Source: Desulfobacterales bacterium (GTDB lineage: Bacteria; Desulfobacterota; Syntrophobacteria; B119-G9). From it: 48,939 bases of DNA. The stretch spans positions 1-48,939 of the forward strand of contig JALSTM010000181.1 in assembly GCA_026983715.1 (NCBI GenBank). Direction: 5' to 3'. This document shows positions 1 to 11,111 of the stretch, in pieces (position 1 is the stretch's first letter; the number at the start of each line of letters is the position of its first letter). Below the pieces are notes generated by a model. It worked only from the letters and a program-made list of their open reading frames with translations. It ran no database searches and was not told the DNA's origin. Made by a program: the position numbers and the translations under genes.

Positions 1-1
1 T

Positions 2-820
2 GAACTCTTCCAAGCATTGTATAACAGTAAACTGGTAAAGGATAAGCTGAAAGATGTGGAACTGACTGCCGTAACAATAAGGGAACGAGCTGCCGAGCGG
101 GCCTTCGATGCCAAGCAAAAGGGTTACGGTCCCGACAGAATTCTTTTCATGGTCTCCACCAGTGAATCTCACCATCGGAGAAATTCGGGGATTTCTCTCG
201 CCGAATACTGGAAGATGGCTGAAAAATACATAAAAATGGCTCACGAAAACGGGATAAAGGTATGTGGCACGGTGAGTACCATCTGGGGATGCCCTATTGA
301 AGGCCCCACTGAATTGAGCAAGGCGGTGGAATTTACCGGCCGATGGCTGGATATTGGGGCCGATGATATCGAACACGCGGACCATGATGGCTCGGCACCT
401 CCAAATAAGGTCTACGAATATTTCTCCATGGTACTTGATAAATATCCTGATCCGAAGCTCCACGTGGCACATTTCCATGTCACGAGGGGATGGGGATTGG
501 CTAATGTTTTGGCAGCATTGCAGGCCGGAATCACTCATTTTGAATCCACCATGGGTGGTACAGGTGGACAGCCGGCAAACTTTGTTGACGACTGCCCTGT
601 TCCCGGTACAGGAAAGTATTACTATGCCGATCCAAACATTGTGGGGTTGGTTTGTACTGAAGATATGGTGGTCATGATGGATGAGATGGGAATAGATACC
701 GGAGTAGACGTAGATAAAGTTCTTGAAATTGGAAAATGGATTGAAAAGATTCTTGGGAGACGTTTACGCTCCGAATGTATAAGAACCGGTCGAATACCCA
801 AAACCGGCACCGGAAGATAG
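2..820 (+). CDS. HMG-CoA lyase-like / pyruvate carboxyltransferase (DRE-TIM) family protein, 5' end outside window
   Basis: Frame is open from base 2. Motifs STSESH, WGCP, DHDG, HFHVTRGWGLAN and TED match the HMGL-like family; GGQP replaces the usual GGCP. Confidence 0.8.
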   Translation, partial: ELFQALYNSKLVKDKLKDVELTAVTIRERAAERAFDAKQKGYGPDRILFMVSTSESHHRRNSGISLAEYWKMAEKYIKMAHENGIKVCGTVSTIWGCPIEGPTELSKAVEFTGRWLDIGADDIEHADHDGSAPPNKVYEYFSMVLDKYPDPKLHVAHFHVTRGWGLANVLAALQAGITHFESTMGGTGGQPANFVDDCPVPGTGKYYYADPNIVGLVCTEDMVVMMDEMGIDTGVDVDKVLEIGKWIEKILGRRLRSECIRTGRIPKTGTGR

Positions 821-849
821 GCTCGGAAAGTTAATTTCAAGGCAAAAAA

Positions 850-874
850 GGGAGGCCTCGCAGGGAGGTCTCCC
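850..874. terminator. Stem-loop, probable intrinsic terminator
   Basis: GGGAGGCCTC-loop-GAGGTCTCCC lies 30 bp after the stop. The A-run is on the left and the plus-strand U-tract is weak. Confidence 0.5.
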
Positions 875-918
875 AAATTAACTGGTAAATCCTCACTACT
901 TCTACTTGACGTTACATT

Positions 919-1893
919 ATGAGTTACCGGGCAATTGTAGCTTACGAGCGGCAGGGCAAAATTATCCACGGGGCATTCATTATGGCCGCAATAGTCCTTG
1001 GAGCCCTGGCCACCATAATTCTGACTACAGCAGGCAGGTTACCTGAATTTAAAATTTTCATACCGAACAAGCTTCCTGAGAACCACTATTTACAAGCAAT
1101 ACTGTACCAACGTGAACTTTTCCCCTTTTACATTCACCTTATGACCTTGACTTCGATTTCTTACCTGATTCTGAGACTGGTTAACTTTTTCTGGCAAAAG
1201 ATTTCATTATCACAGGTAGAAAGGGAAGTGAATGAGAGCTTGAAATTCACCGAAAAGATGACTGAATTTAAATCAAACCTGGATCATGATTCGCTTCTAA
1301 GGTACTTTTATAATATTCGCAGAAAGCTTTCAGGCGGAAACAGGTACAACTGGGCGAACCTGGTCAGCTCTGCTCGGAGAAGACTTTTCGCCGTATTTGA
1401 AGGGACCAATAATTTAAGTGCCGAGAACATTTTGCTCGTCAGCGACACCGCTAGCTCGGTAGACCATACACAGGTGTACTACGGATACAGGCTAGTGGGA
1501 TTCATGGCCAGGCTTATTGTTCTTGCGGGAGTAGTTGGAACTATTATGGGATTAGCCATACTCGCAGCCCCCGTAATTTCCGGCGACATGGAAATAAACA
1601 TGGCTGTATCACACATAAGCGAAAATTTAAGCATGGCCGGCTATTCAATTATGGTAGGTGTTTTTCTATATGTCTTTATTTCTTTTTCAAGGCATCTGGA
1701 TGAAAGATATTTGGCTCACCTAGATAATTTCCTAGTCATGGAAATAGTACAGAAGATACCTTTCAAGAATCCCGATTCATTAATATTATTGAAAACGTAT
1801 CTACGCACTCTGAGAAGCATCGAAAAATCAATTGACGATCAACTAAAAAAACTGAACGACAGGATTGATCATTTGATCAAAATCTCAAGGTAG
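919..1893 (+). CDS. MotA/TolQ/ExbB proton-channel family membrane protein (start may be 982)
   Basis: Several TM segments, a LAGVVGTIMGL motif resembling the ExbB/TolQ GxxGTxxG helix, and a C-terminal coiled coil. Confidence 0.6.
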   Translation: MSYRAIVAYERQGKIIHGAFIMAAIVLGALATIILTTAGRLPEFKIFIPNKLPENHYLQAILYQRELFPFYIHLMTLTSISYLILRLVNFFWQKISLSQVEREVNESLKFTEKMTEFKSNLDHDSLLRYFYNIRRKLSGGNRYNWANLVSSARRRLFAVFEGTNNLSAENILLVSDTASSVDHTQVYYGYRLVGFMARLIVLAGVVGTIMGLAILAAPVISGDMEINMAVSHISENLSMAGYSIMVGVFLYVFISFSRHLDERYLAHLDNFLVMEIVQKIPFKNPDSLILLKTYLRTLRSIEKSIDDQLKKLNDRIDHLIKISR

Positions 1894-1934
1894 TCCTTCA
1901 AAGATCCCGGAAAGTTGGAATACTATGCCACAAA

Positions 1935-2168
1935 CCTGAATCCGTGACGAAACCTTATATCTAATTTGTATAACATGTTCAAATTGCTCATTATTGGCTA
2001 CATAGCCAGGGTGGATTATTTTTTAACTTGTCAAGCAATCTTTTTACTTCCTGCGGGTTGTTCACCTGTACCTCATCTTCGGCGTCATCGCCCTCCGTAC
2101 ATAGCGTACTATCGTCCACCGGGCTCTTCCTTGCATCTGTGGCCCAGGTGAACGATCACGGATTCAGG
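1935..2168 (+). mobile_element. MITE-like element family A, copy 1 (234 bp)
   Basis: 13-bp terminal inverted repeat CCTGAATCCGTGA/TCACGGATTCAGG; homologous same-length copies at 30315-30548 and 47139-47372. Confidence 0.85.
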
Positions 2169-3553
2169 ATAAACTTTCTAACTGTTATCAGTACTATTTC
2201 AGGGTGGCAGTGAAACCTAACTGGAACCCCCGAGGATCCTGCCCCGGATGTCGTATAACCTTTTATTGAACCGTATCTCCACGAACCAAGAGTGAACCTA
2301 CGCGGAACCTTCACGTGTGTGTACGGGGCTCCGATTCCTGGAAATCGAATTTGACCGCCGTGAGTATGACCGCACAGGCAAAGATTAACCTCATCTCCTT
2401 TGCAGTCGTTTATGATTTCAGGCGAATGTGAAAGTAAAATTTTGTAATCATCCTTTCCAGTCTTTACCAGTGCTTTTTCCAGGTCGTGACACTTGTAGTA
2501 ATGTGGATCATCCACTCCCACTATCCACAGACGGTGCCCGTTTCTCTCGATTGCTTCCGCATCGTTTATCAACATGCATATCCCGGTGTCTTCCAGTTCT
2601 GGTGCAAACTCAAGGCAGTCATGGTTTCCCAGGACACCGTAGATACCTTCCCTGGCATGTATATGCCGCACTAGTTTCCTAAGCTTGCTTGTAGTTTTAT
2701 AGAACCCTCCATACATTTTGAATCTGAAATCTCCGCCAAGCAAGCATACATCAACTTCCAGTGGATCGACTAACCTAATGAGCCTATCCAGGAGACCATC
2801 TAGACCATCAATGTGCAAATCACTGATAAAAAGAATCGTAAATGGAGCAAACGGAGATCCGATTCTCGAATCGGTGATACGTACTTTCTTAAGCTGGACA
2901 TCGAGAGCGTTTTCGAGTCCCTTTTCATAAAGGCGAGTTAATTTCAAGAAACCTTCAAAACTGTAACGAAACAAAAAAGAGTTCTCAAAATTGAGATATC
3001 TTGCCACAACGGGTAGCGGTTCGTGACAGGACCTCCAGTGTTTAAACTGCCTGCTTGATCGAACGTACCGCAGTCTTCCCCCTGCTTGTTTAAAGTCCAT
3101 TTCTTCGCCCAGGATGCTTGCCGCATGAGCCATGGGAACAAAGAAGAGTAAACATGCAATCGCAAGGGGAAGTGATAAGTAGTCGGCTTTATAAAAAAAG
3201 GCTATGGGAAAGCTTGCTTCAAAAACCTGGTCCAGGATAACAATGCGCACACCGGGCTCAAGCCCAAGCTGTCTCTTGATCAAGCTCGAAAGAAGATCTC
3301 CGAGCATGCTGAGAGAAGCGGCGAGAAGGGAAATCGAAACCGGGAATTCCATGAAAAATCCCAGGATTCCTCCGACCACAATTGCTCCAATGAATCCCCT
3401 GATAGTTTTATGAGCCCCCAAAAGCTGACGACCATTTTTCAGACTAAATCCGAAATCAATAGGTTGATTGCCGACGTCTCCGAGGATAATTGAGAGCAAT
3501 ACGGGGGTTATGTTTATCAGTAGAAGGAAGATAACAATTTTAAAGAAAACCAT
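2156..3553 (-). CDS. CDP-archaeol synthase (CarS/DUF46)-like domain fused to a calcineurin-like metallophosphoesterase
   Basis: N-terminal membrane part has PIDFG...LLGAHKTIRG, GDLLSSLIKRQLG and LDQ. C-terminal part has DLH, GGD, GNHD, LSH and GHTHGGQ. Confidence 0.8.
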   Translation of the reverse strand: MVFFKIVIFLLLINITPVLLSIILGDVGNQPIDFGFSLKNGRQLLGAHKTIRGFIGAIVVGGILGFFMEFPVSISLLAASLSMLGDLLSSLIKRQLGLEPGVRIVILDQVFEASFPIAFFYKADYLSLPLAIACLLFFVPMAHAASILGEEMDFKQAGGRLRYVRSSRQFKHWRSCHEPLPVVARYLNFENSFLFRYSFEGFLKLTRLYEKGLENALDVQLKKVRITDSRIGSPFAPFTILFISDLHIDGLDGLLDRLIRLVDPLEVDVCLLGGDFRFKMYGGFYKTTSKLRKLVRHIHAREGIYGVLGNHDCLEFAPELEDTGICMLINDAEAIERNGHRLWIVGVDDPHYYKCHDLEKALVKTGKDDYKILLSHSPEIINDCKGDEVNLCLCGHTHGGQIRFPGIGAPYTHVKVPRRFTLGSWRYGSIKGYTTSGAGSSGVPVRFHCHPEIVLITVRKFILNP

Positions 3554-3594
3554 ATTTTCTCTTCTTTACCCAAAAGTGAGAAATTCTTCCGATA

Positions 3595-4326
3595 TCACCA
3601 GTGAGCCAGTTCCACCTCCCCCCATGCTCCGAGCCTATCTCCGATTATAATAACAATCCCCAGCAATCCGGCAATATTTTGTGCCATTTCCAGTGCACTA
3701 TTAATATCCTGAGGCTTTTTTACAATGTTTCCCAGAGCTGTTGCTGCCGCATCGGCAAGGGCTGCATTTTTTGATATCACGGTCACTGCATCAGCTTTAC
3801 CAAAGCTCAAGGAGTGCCCGACGGTACCAGACGAAGTGCAGATTCCCACGGGAAGCTTATCGGGTGTAAAGCGTACGGCTATCTTGTTACTTAAGGGAGA
3901 CTCCCCCGCATAAATTCCAACTTCAACAGGCCTTCTCATGGAGAGAAAACAATCTCCGCCGTTTTCCACAATTATCTCGGAGGTGTACTTTTTAAGCCCT
4001 TTCCCGACCCTGGAAGCAATGGCGCCTGCCACTGCAGCCATGGGACCGGTTCCCGCGTGCTGCGAAGCCATGATCATTTCTCTCACTATGGCCGGAACCG
4101 TAAAATCCGGTATAGGGATAGGGGTAAGAGATTTTAGAAAAAGGGGGTTATCCCGAATAAAATCTTCAATGTGTTTTCGGTACGTGTGGACCAGGTTCTT
4201 TGTTTCCTTGCTCAGATCTCTTTCCGCTTTAACCCATAGATCGGTTTCCCTTACCTTCACCTGGAAACCCACAAGTTCTGGCTTGATACCTTGGTACCTG
4301 TAAAAACGTTCCCGGTACTTCTTCAC
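3595..4326 (-). CDS. UPF0280 family (ApbE-like, COG2122) protein
   Basis: Motifs GPMAAVAGA, ENGGD, GICTSSGTVGHSLSFG and ADAAATA. Confidence 0.9.
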   Translation of the reverse strand: MKKYRERFYRYQGIKPELVGFQVKVRETDLWVKAERDLSKETKNLVHTYRKHIEDFIRDNPLFLKSLTPIPIPDFTVPAIVREMIMASQHAGTGPMAAVAGAIASRVGKGLKKYTSEIIVENGGDCFLSMRRPVEVGIYAGESPLSNKIAVRFTPDKLPVGICTSSGTVGHSLSFGKADAVTVISKNAALADAAATALGNIVKKPQDINSALEMAQNIAGLLGIVIIIGDRLGAWGEVELAHW

Positions 4327-4327
4327 C

Positions 4328-5878
4328 TTATTCCCACTCGATGGTACTGGGAGGCTTGGACGAAATATCGTATACGACCCTGTTCACACCCTTAACTTCG
4401 TTGATAATCCTGGTAGAAATTTTAGCAAGGACCTCGTGGGGCACCTTCGCCCAGTCCGCGGTCATTGCATCGACGCTCTCTACTATCCTTACAGCTATTA
4501 CCTGTTCATAAGTGCGTTCATCACCCATGACACCAACCGTATAGACGGGGAGCAAAACCGCAAAGGCCTGCCACACCCTGTCGTGCCATCCGGAGACCAC
4601 CATTTCTTCCATGACAATGGCGTCGGCTTCTCTCAACACCTTGAGCTTATCACGCCTCACCTCGCCCAGGCACCTGATTGCAAGGCCAGGTCCAGGAAAC
4701 GGATGCCTCATGATTATTTCCTCGGGGAGCCCTAGTTCCCTCCCCACAAGCCGAACTTCGTCTTTGAACAGTTCCCTCAAGGGTTCCAGGAGCTGTAGCT
4801 TCATCTTTTCAGGAAGTCCACCGACGTTGTGGTGAGTCTTAATGGTAGCAGACGGGCCCTTGAAAGAAACGCTCTCGATGACGTCCGGATATAAGGTACC
4901 CTGAGCCAGGAAAGTTGCGTTGGCAAATTCAGATGCTTTTTTTTCAAATATTTCTATAAAGAGGTTCCCGATGATTTTTCTTTTTTGTTCCGGGTCCACC
5001 ACGCCCTTAAGTGCCATAAGGAAGGTTTCCGAGGCATCAACGTAATGAAGATCCATATCGAAGTGATCACCAAAGATCCTCAAAACCTGCTCAGCTTCCC
5101 CCTTTCTAAGAAGTCCATTGTTGACGAAAATGCAGTGGAGATGCTTTCCGATTGCCTGGTGAAGCAAAACCGCCACCACCGACGAATCCACACCACCACT
5201 TAGAGCACAGATAACTTCGTTTGATCCCACCTTTTCTCTCATTTCAGAGATGGTTGTCTCCACAAAGGATTTCATTGTCCACGTCGGCTTACAGCCACAG
5301 ACCTTGAAAATGAAATTCTCCAGTATAAGTCTCCCCATGGGCGTATGAACCACTTCCGGGTGAAATTGAAGCCCGAAGATCTTTCTTTGTAGGTTTCCCA
5401 TGGCAGCAATGGGAGAATTATCACTTTCTCCCAGGACTTCAAACCCTTCAGGAGCACGATCAATCCTATCTCCGTGGCTCATCCAAACCCGGATGCTATC
5501 TTCTTCAATGCCTGAGAAAAGGGGTTCTTTCCTGGTTATCTTCATGTACGCAGGGCCATATTCCCTTTCTGCCGCTGCCCCTACTTGGCCTCCAAGCTGG
5601 TAAGTGATCAACTGCATTCCGTAACATATTCCCAGGATTGGCAAGTTTAAATCATAAATATCCAGTGGGACTATTGGCGCATCGGGGTCTGTCACACTTG
5701 CAGGGCCACCGGAAAAAATCAACCCTTTTGGCTTAAATTTTTTAATCTCGGAAAGGGACCAGTTGTACGGGTGAATTTCGCAGTACACGTGACTTTCTCT
5801 CACTCTTCTCGCAATTATCTGTGTATACTGAGATCCAAAATCAAGGATTAAAATTCGTTCGTTATTAAGCTTTTGCAT
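4328..5878 (-). CDS. guaA: GMP synthase (glutamine-hydrolysing)
   Basis: [35 protein letters not shown] and terminal KPPSTIEWE. Confidence 0.98.
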   Translation of the reverse strand: MQKLNNERILILDFGSQYTQIIARRVRESHVYCEIHPYNWSLSEIKKFKPKGLIFSGGPASVTDPDAPIVPLDIYDLNLPILGICYGMQLITYQLGGQVGAAAEREYGPAYMKITRKEPLFSGIEEDSIRVWMSHGDRIDRAPEGFEVLGESDNSPIAAMGNLQRKIFGLQFHPEVVHTPMGRLILENFIFKVCGCKPTWTMKSFVETTISEMREKVGSNEVICALSGGVDSSVVAVLLHQAIGKHLHCIFVNNGLLRKGEAEQVLRIFGDHFDMDLHYVDASETFLMALKGVVDPEQKRKIIGNLFIEIFEKKASEFANATFLAQGTLYPDVIESVSFKGPSATIKTHHNVGGLPEKMKLQLLEPLRELFKDEVRLVGRELGLPEEIIMRHPFPGPGLAIRCLGEVRRDKLKVLREADAIVMEEMVVSGWHDRVWQAFAVLLPVYTVGVMGDERTYEQVIAVRIVESVDAMTADWAKVPHEVLAKISTRIINEVKGVNRVVYDISSKPPSTIEWE

Positions 5879-5884
5879 TTCACT

Positions 5885-7366
<1,482 letters not shown>

Positions 7367-8464
7367 CTAATAGTTTATTTGGTTTTCAAGTCTTTCTTTA
7401 ACACCTTTAACAAGGATCGGCCATGCAATGGTTGCATCACAATAAACTTCGGCGTACATCCCGCCTTCTTCAGGGGGAACAAATTTACCCCAAGATATCC
7501 CTTCCCGGTACGTACAGCCGCTCAACCCTCCCCAGTGTACGGGTTCAGGGCATATGCGTACTCCGTAATGAAACTTTTTTTGAGGGATATCAACCTCACA
7601 CCTGTTCCTAGCTATCTCAAGAAATGGCCCCACCTGTTGAGCCCAATTTCGAGGGACTCCACCCCCAACGGTAAAGATGCCAACCTTTTCGGCTCCGGCA
7701 ATACGTTCTGCATAGCTGCATAGATCAAGAAAGGGGTTAAAATTGAGAGGCAGTTTCTTTAGCGCTTCAAAAGGGGCTGTACCAGGATTTTCTTTTAATT
7801 CCTTTTTCATCATCCAGGTGGCAAAATCAAGTCCGAGCTCGGAGTCGGTAAACGCAGGGACGTACACGGGGACCTTCTTTCTATATGCACTTTTTAGAAT
7901 TCCGGGAAGACGCGTGTGTTCATTTAACCATTCACCTATTTTCTCACAGATAAACTCCGAAGACATGGGCATGGAATGATCCATACTGTCAAGTATTTCA
8001 GAGAAAATCCTCTCAACATTATCTAGGTTCTTTTCAAGCTCCAAGGTATCATAAACCCTGTTGTAACCTTTAAAGTATAGTTCGCTATCATCCATGGTCG
8101 GATCGTACTTGAAATGAAGCATCCCGGTGCCTTCCACTAGCCCATGAGCCATCAGTGCTCCCGTTGAAACAACAACATCAAGCCAGCCCCAGTCAATCAT
8201 GTGGCATATCAGCAGGCCCATCTTAGCTACAGTCATAGCACCGGAAAACGTTCCTACAACCAGACAGTCCTTATCCAAAATCATCGCGGCAAGGACCTTT
8301 GCGGCTTCACCGAGAGACCTTGCTCCAAAGGCGGTCTTCTCCATTGCTTCCAGCATACCCGAGAAGTTTTTAACCTTCTCAATGTCCAAACTTTCCAGGG
8401 GTATTAATTTGTCAGAAACCCCATCACAATAGCGATCCGGTTTTCTCAGGGCTTTTTCTTTCAT
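7367..8464 (-). CDS. Deoxyhypusine synthase-like protein
   Basis: GYNRVYD, PAFTDS, GGGVPRNW, GGLSGC, EGISWGK and DATIAWP. Start set at ATG 8464 after a GAGGTGA RBS. Confidence 0.88.
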   Translation of the reverse strand: MKEKALRKPDRYCDGVSDKLIPLESLDIEKVKNFSGMLEAMEKTAFGARSLGEAAKVLAAMILDKDCLVVGTFSGAMTVAKMGLLICHMIDWGWLDVVVSTGALMAHGLVEGTGMLHFKYDPTMDDSELYFKGYNRVYDTLELEKNLDNVERIFSEILDSMDHSMPMSSEFICEKIGEWLNEHTRLPGILKSAYRKKVPVYVPAFTDSELGLDFATWMMKKELKENPGTAPFEALKKLPLNFNPFLDLCSYAERIAGAEKVGIFTVGGGVPRNWAQQVGPFLEIARNRCEVDIPQKKFHYGVRICPEPVHWGGLSGCTYREGISWGKFVPPEEGGMYAEVYCDATIAWPILVKGVKERLENQINY

Positions 8465-8501
8465 TTTTTTCCGTTTCACCTCACGTCTAAAACAAACAAG
8501 G

Positions 8502-9446
8502 TCAGATACTAAAAGTTCCTGAACCAACTGAGAGCCAGAAAATGTACATGAGCCCGGACATGAGAGTACTCACCGAGATATTGGTGGCAGCAAGCTCTGG
8601 ATCTCCATGCAACTCAACCGCCATTATGTAGGTCACCGTGGCACTGGGAGCCGCAAGAAGGATTAAGCACGGGAGCCTGTAGTCACCCGGCACCTTGAGT
8701 GCCCGCAAAAACACGTAACCGGTAGCGGGTAAAATAATTAGCTTAAAAAACGTGGCTGTCAAGGTGCCTTTTAGATGTTTTTTTATATTTTTTACAGAGA
8801 TGGATGCTCCGATAAGAAACAAGGCCATGGGAAGAGCCATGTTGCTAATGATTTTAAGCGTTCTCTCGACAAAAATAGGAATGGGAAAGCGAGTAAGGCT
8901 AACAACTATCCCCAGTAACGTGGCAAGTATTATTGGGTTGATTGAGATTTGCCTGATTACTGCAAGGAGATCTGTTTTTCTGGTACCATCTCCCTTCCCA
9001 AGGAAGTATTCAAGCACACTGACCGAAATAAAATTCTGAGTCAAAATTAGAAAACTGCCTATGATTACCGTTTTGGTAAACCCGGTTCCTCCCAAAAAGT
9101 AATAAGCCACGGCAAAAGCCACGTACCCGAGGTTCCCGTGGATAGAACTTTGCACAAGGGTGCCCCTGCTTTGGTTATTAAGCCTCGCTATCGAAGAAAC
9201 CAGGAAAACGAGGGCAAAAGTTATTATAACAGGGCCAATAAGACTTATCACCGCGTCCAGGCTTATACTTTTTCTGAAATTTGATTCTGCAACTTTTTCA
9301 AAAATCATCACAGGTATTGCCACGTGGTATACGAGGTCATTTGCAGGAGGCGTGAATTCCTCCGGTAAAAACCCTCTGCTTCGGAGTAAATTACCAAATA
9401 TTATAACGGCAAATATCGGTATGATAGTCGAAACTATTTTTTCCAT
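8502..9446 (-). CDS. AEC (auxin efflux carrier) family transporter
   Basis: About 10 TM helices with GNLGY, NPIILA and PSA motifs. Start probably ATG 9446. Confidence 0.88.
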   Translation of the reverse strand: MEKIVSTIIPIFAVIIFGNLLRSRGFLPEEFTPPANDLVYHVAIPVMIFEKVAESNFRKSISLDAVISLIGPVIITFALVFLVSSIARLNNQSRGTLVQSSIHGNLGYVAFAVAYYFLGGTGFTKTVIIGSFLILTQNFISVSVLEYFLGKGDGTRKTDLLAVIRQISINPIILATLLGIVVSLTRFPIPIFVERTLKIISNMALPMALFLIGASISVKNIKKHLKGTLTATFFKLIILPATGYVFLRALKVPGDYRLPCLILLAAPSATVTYIMAVELHGDPELAATNISVSTLMSGLMYIFWLSVGSGTFSI

Positions 9447-9693
9447 TAGAACATCTACTTTAAAAGTCTTGACGAGCACATGAAGTTTAATTATAGAAAC
9501 ACTTCCGATTCTAATGCACCAACAGAGGAAAATTTTTTAATTACCACGGCGTGATAAAGAAAAACAAGGAAATAAGAAAGCATAGTGATAAAAAGAGTTG
9601 ACTTTTTTTGCAGGGTCATTAATGATTTTTTTAAATCACTCAGTGCATGATTGGAAGCAGAAAAACAGATAATGCGCAGAAGAGGTATCACAG

Positions 9694-10077
9694 ATGGAAA
9701 AAGAACTGGAAGATAAAACAACACAGATCCTAAACGATGATGACATTGTTGTTCCTGACTTACTCAAGGATGATGAGATTACCGAAGAAATTGTTGACGA
9801 TGAACTGCTGGAATTTGAAGCTCTGGCTGGGGCTGCAGAAAGAGCCATAGAAATAAAGGACATAAAAAGCACCAAAGACTGGCAAAAGTATATCAGCCAG
9901 ATTGACGTATCACAGGCAAAAAAATATTCCATTCACGATAAGTATGAAAAAGGGGATATAATTTCTCACGACAAGTTTGGCCTGGGAATAGTGTGTAAGG
10001 TATTAACCCCCAGGAAAATGGAAGTGTTTTTCAAGGAGGGCAAAAAATTAATGGCAATGAGTTACCCCCTGGGATAA
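9694..10077 (+). CDS. Hypothetical protein with acidic N-terminus and C-terminal SH3-like module
   Basis: GAGG RBS; C-terminal YxxGDxIxHxKFGxGxV pattern. Confidence 0.75.
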   Translation: MEKELEDKTTQILNDDDIVVPDLLKDDEITEEIVDDELLEFEALAGAAERAIEIKDIKSTKDWQKYISQIDVSQAKKYSIHDKYEKGDIISHDKFGLGIVCKVLTPRKMEVFFKEGKKLMAMSYPLG

Positions 10078-10132
10078 GAAGTACACGTGTGGGCGGTTGT
10101 GGTTAGCTGTAAGCAAGGTCGAGGAAAAACAA

Positions 10133-10483
10133 CTACCAGTAACGGATATCTTTGTCAAGATCACTAAAAACGTCTTCAAGCTTGTAAAGAAGTTTGTCTA
10201 GTTCGTTTAAATTTCTGGAAAGAAGCATTTCTCGTGCTTCTTTTTTTATTGTCATTGCTTTCCTGTAGAAACTACTTAGCTTTTCCCGGCTTTCTTTTGC
10301 CACTTTTGGATCTTTTATAATGTCTTCCAGGATATCCACAATCTCGTACAAGGATTTATCTTCACATACGTAATTGGCGTAGCCGATTTTTCTCAACCAT
10401 TCGTAAAGTCTGGGAAACGTTTTAGAAAAGTTTTCCTTGTAGAAAGGAATAATTTTGATATCGATTTGCATGTACTTGCTCAT
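10133..10483 (-). CDS. Hypothetical helical protein
   Basis: 116-aa ORF with GGGAGG RBS filling an intergenic gap. Confidence 0.7.
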   Translation of the reverse strand: MSKYMQIDIKIIPFYKENFSKTFPRLYEWLRKIGYANYVCEDKSLYEIVDILEDIIKDPKVAKESREKLSSFYRKAMTIKKEAREMLLSRNLNELDKLLYKLEDVFSDLDKDIRYW

Positions 10484-10659
10484 AATCCCTCCCTTTTTAG
10501 CCGATAATCACAAAACCACCCAGGACTATTTATTATGCTCGCTATCGAGGAACTCTTAACTAATAGTAAAAAACATATTATAACTTGACAGAATAGGCAC
10601 TATTTTTTAGAGAGAAGGTTGCTTAAAATAATTATAATCTAAAAACCAGGCTACGAAAA

Positions 10660-11085
10660 ATGTATGCAAAAATGATTGTATTGAGATTCCCGAAGGAGGT
10701 CGTAGACAAGCCAATAGTAACTAACCTTGTTCGGAATTACAATCTCACTTTTAACATCCTGAAAGCCACCATTTTCCCTCGTAAAGAGGGACTCATGGTA
10801 ATGGAACTTAGAGGGAACAAGAAAGATTACGACAGGGGAATCGAATACTTACAGAGACTAGGCGTAAAAGTAGATACCATTGCTCAGGACGTAAGACGCG
10901 ATGAGGAAACTTGCTATCAGTGTGGTGCCTGCACGGCGGTATGCCCGACGGGAGCCCTAAACATCGAAAGACCTTCAATGAAGGTCATATTTAACTCGGA
11001 TAAATGCAGCGCATGTGAACTATGTGTAAAAGCATGTCCCACACGAGCTATGACAGTTAGTTTTAATCGCAATATTGATTTTTAG
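10660..11085 (+). CDS. NIL domain + 2x[4Fe-4S] ferredoxin
   Basis: Literal FNIL motif plus CYQCGACTAVCP and CSACELCVKACP. Confidence 0.92.
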   Translation: MYAKMIVLRFPKEVVDKPIVTNLVRNYNLTFNILKATIFPRKEGLMVMELRGNKKDYDRGIEYLQRLGVKVDTIAQDVRRDEETCYQCGACTAVCPTGALNIERPSMKVIFNSDKCSACELCVKACPTRAMTVSFNRNIDF

Positions 11086-11111
11086 CAGCTACCAGATGTA
11101 GGAGGAAGCAG

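Noticed and set aside
1966-2151. Conserved ~60-aa ORF in all three full MITE A copies (also 30305-30508 and 47161-47355)
   Set aside because: Differences between copies are largely non-synonymous, stops differ and there is no RBS. It is better explained as a by-product of the repeat.
10578-10607. Possible Rrf2/IscR-type operator around TTGACA upstream of NIL-Fer-iscU
   Set aside because: Only half of the dyad matches and the -10 box is poor.
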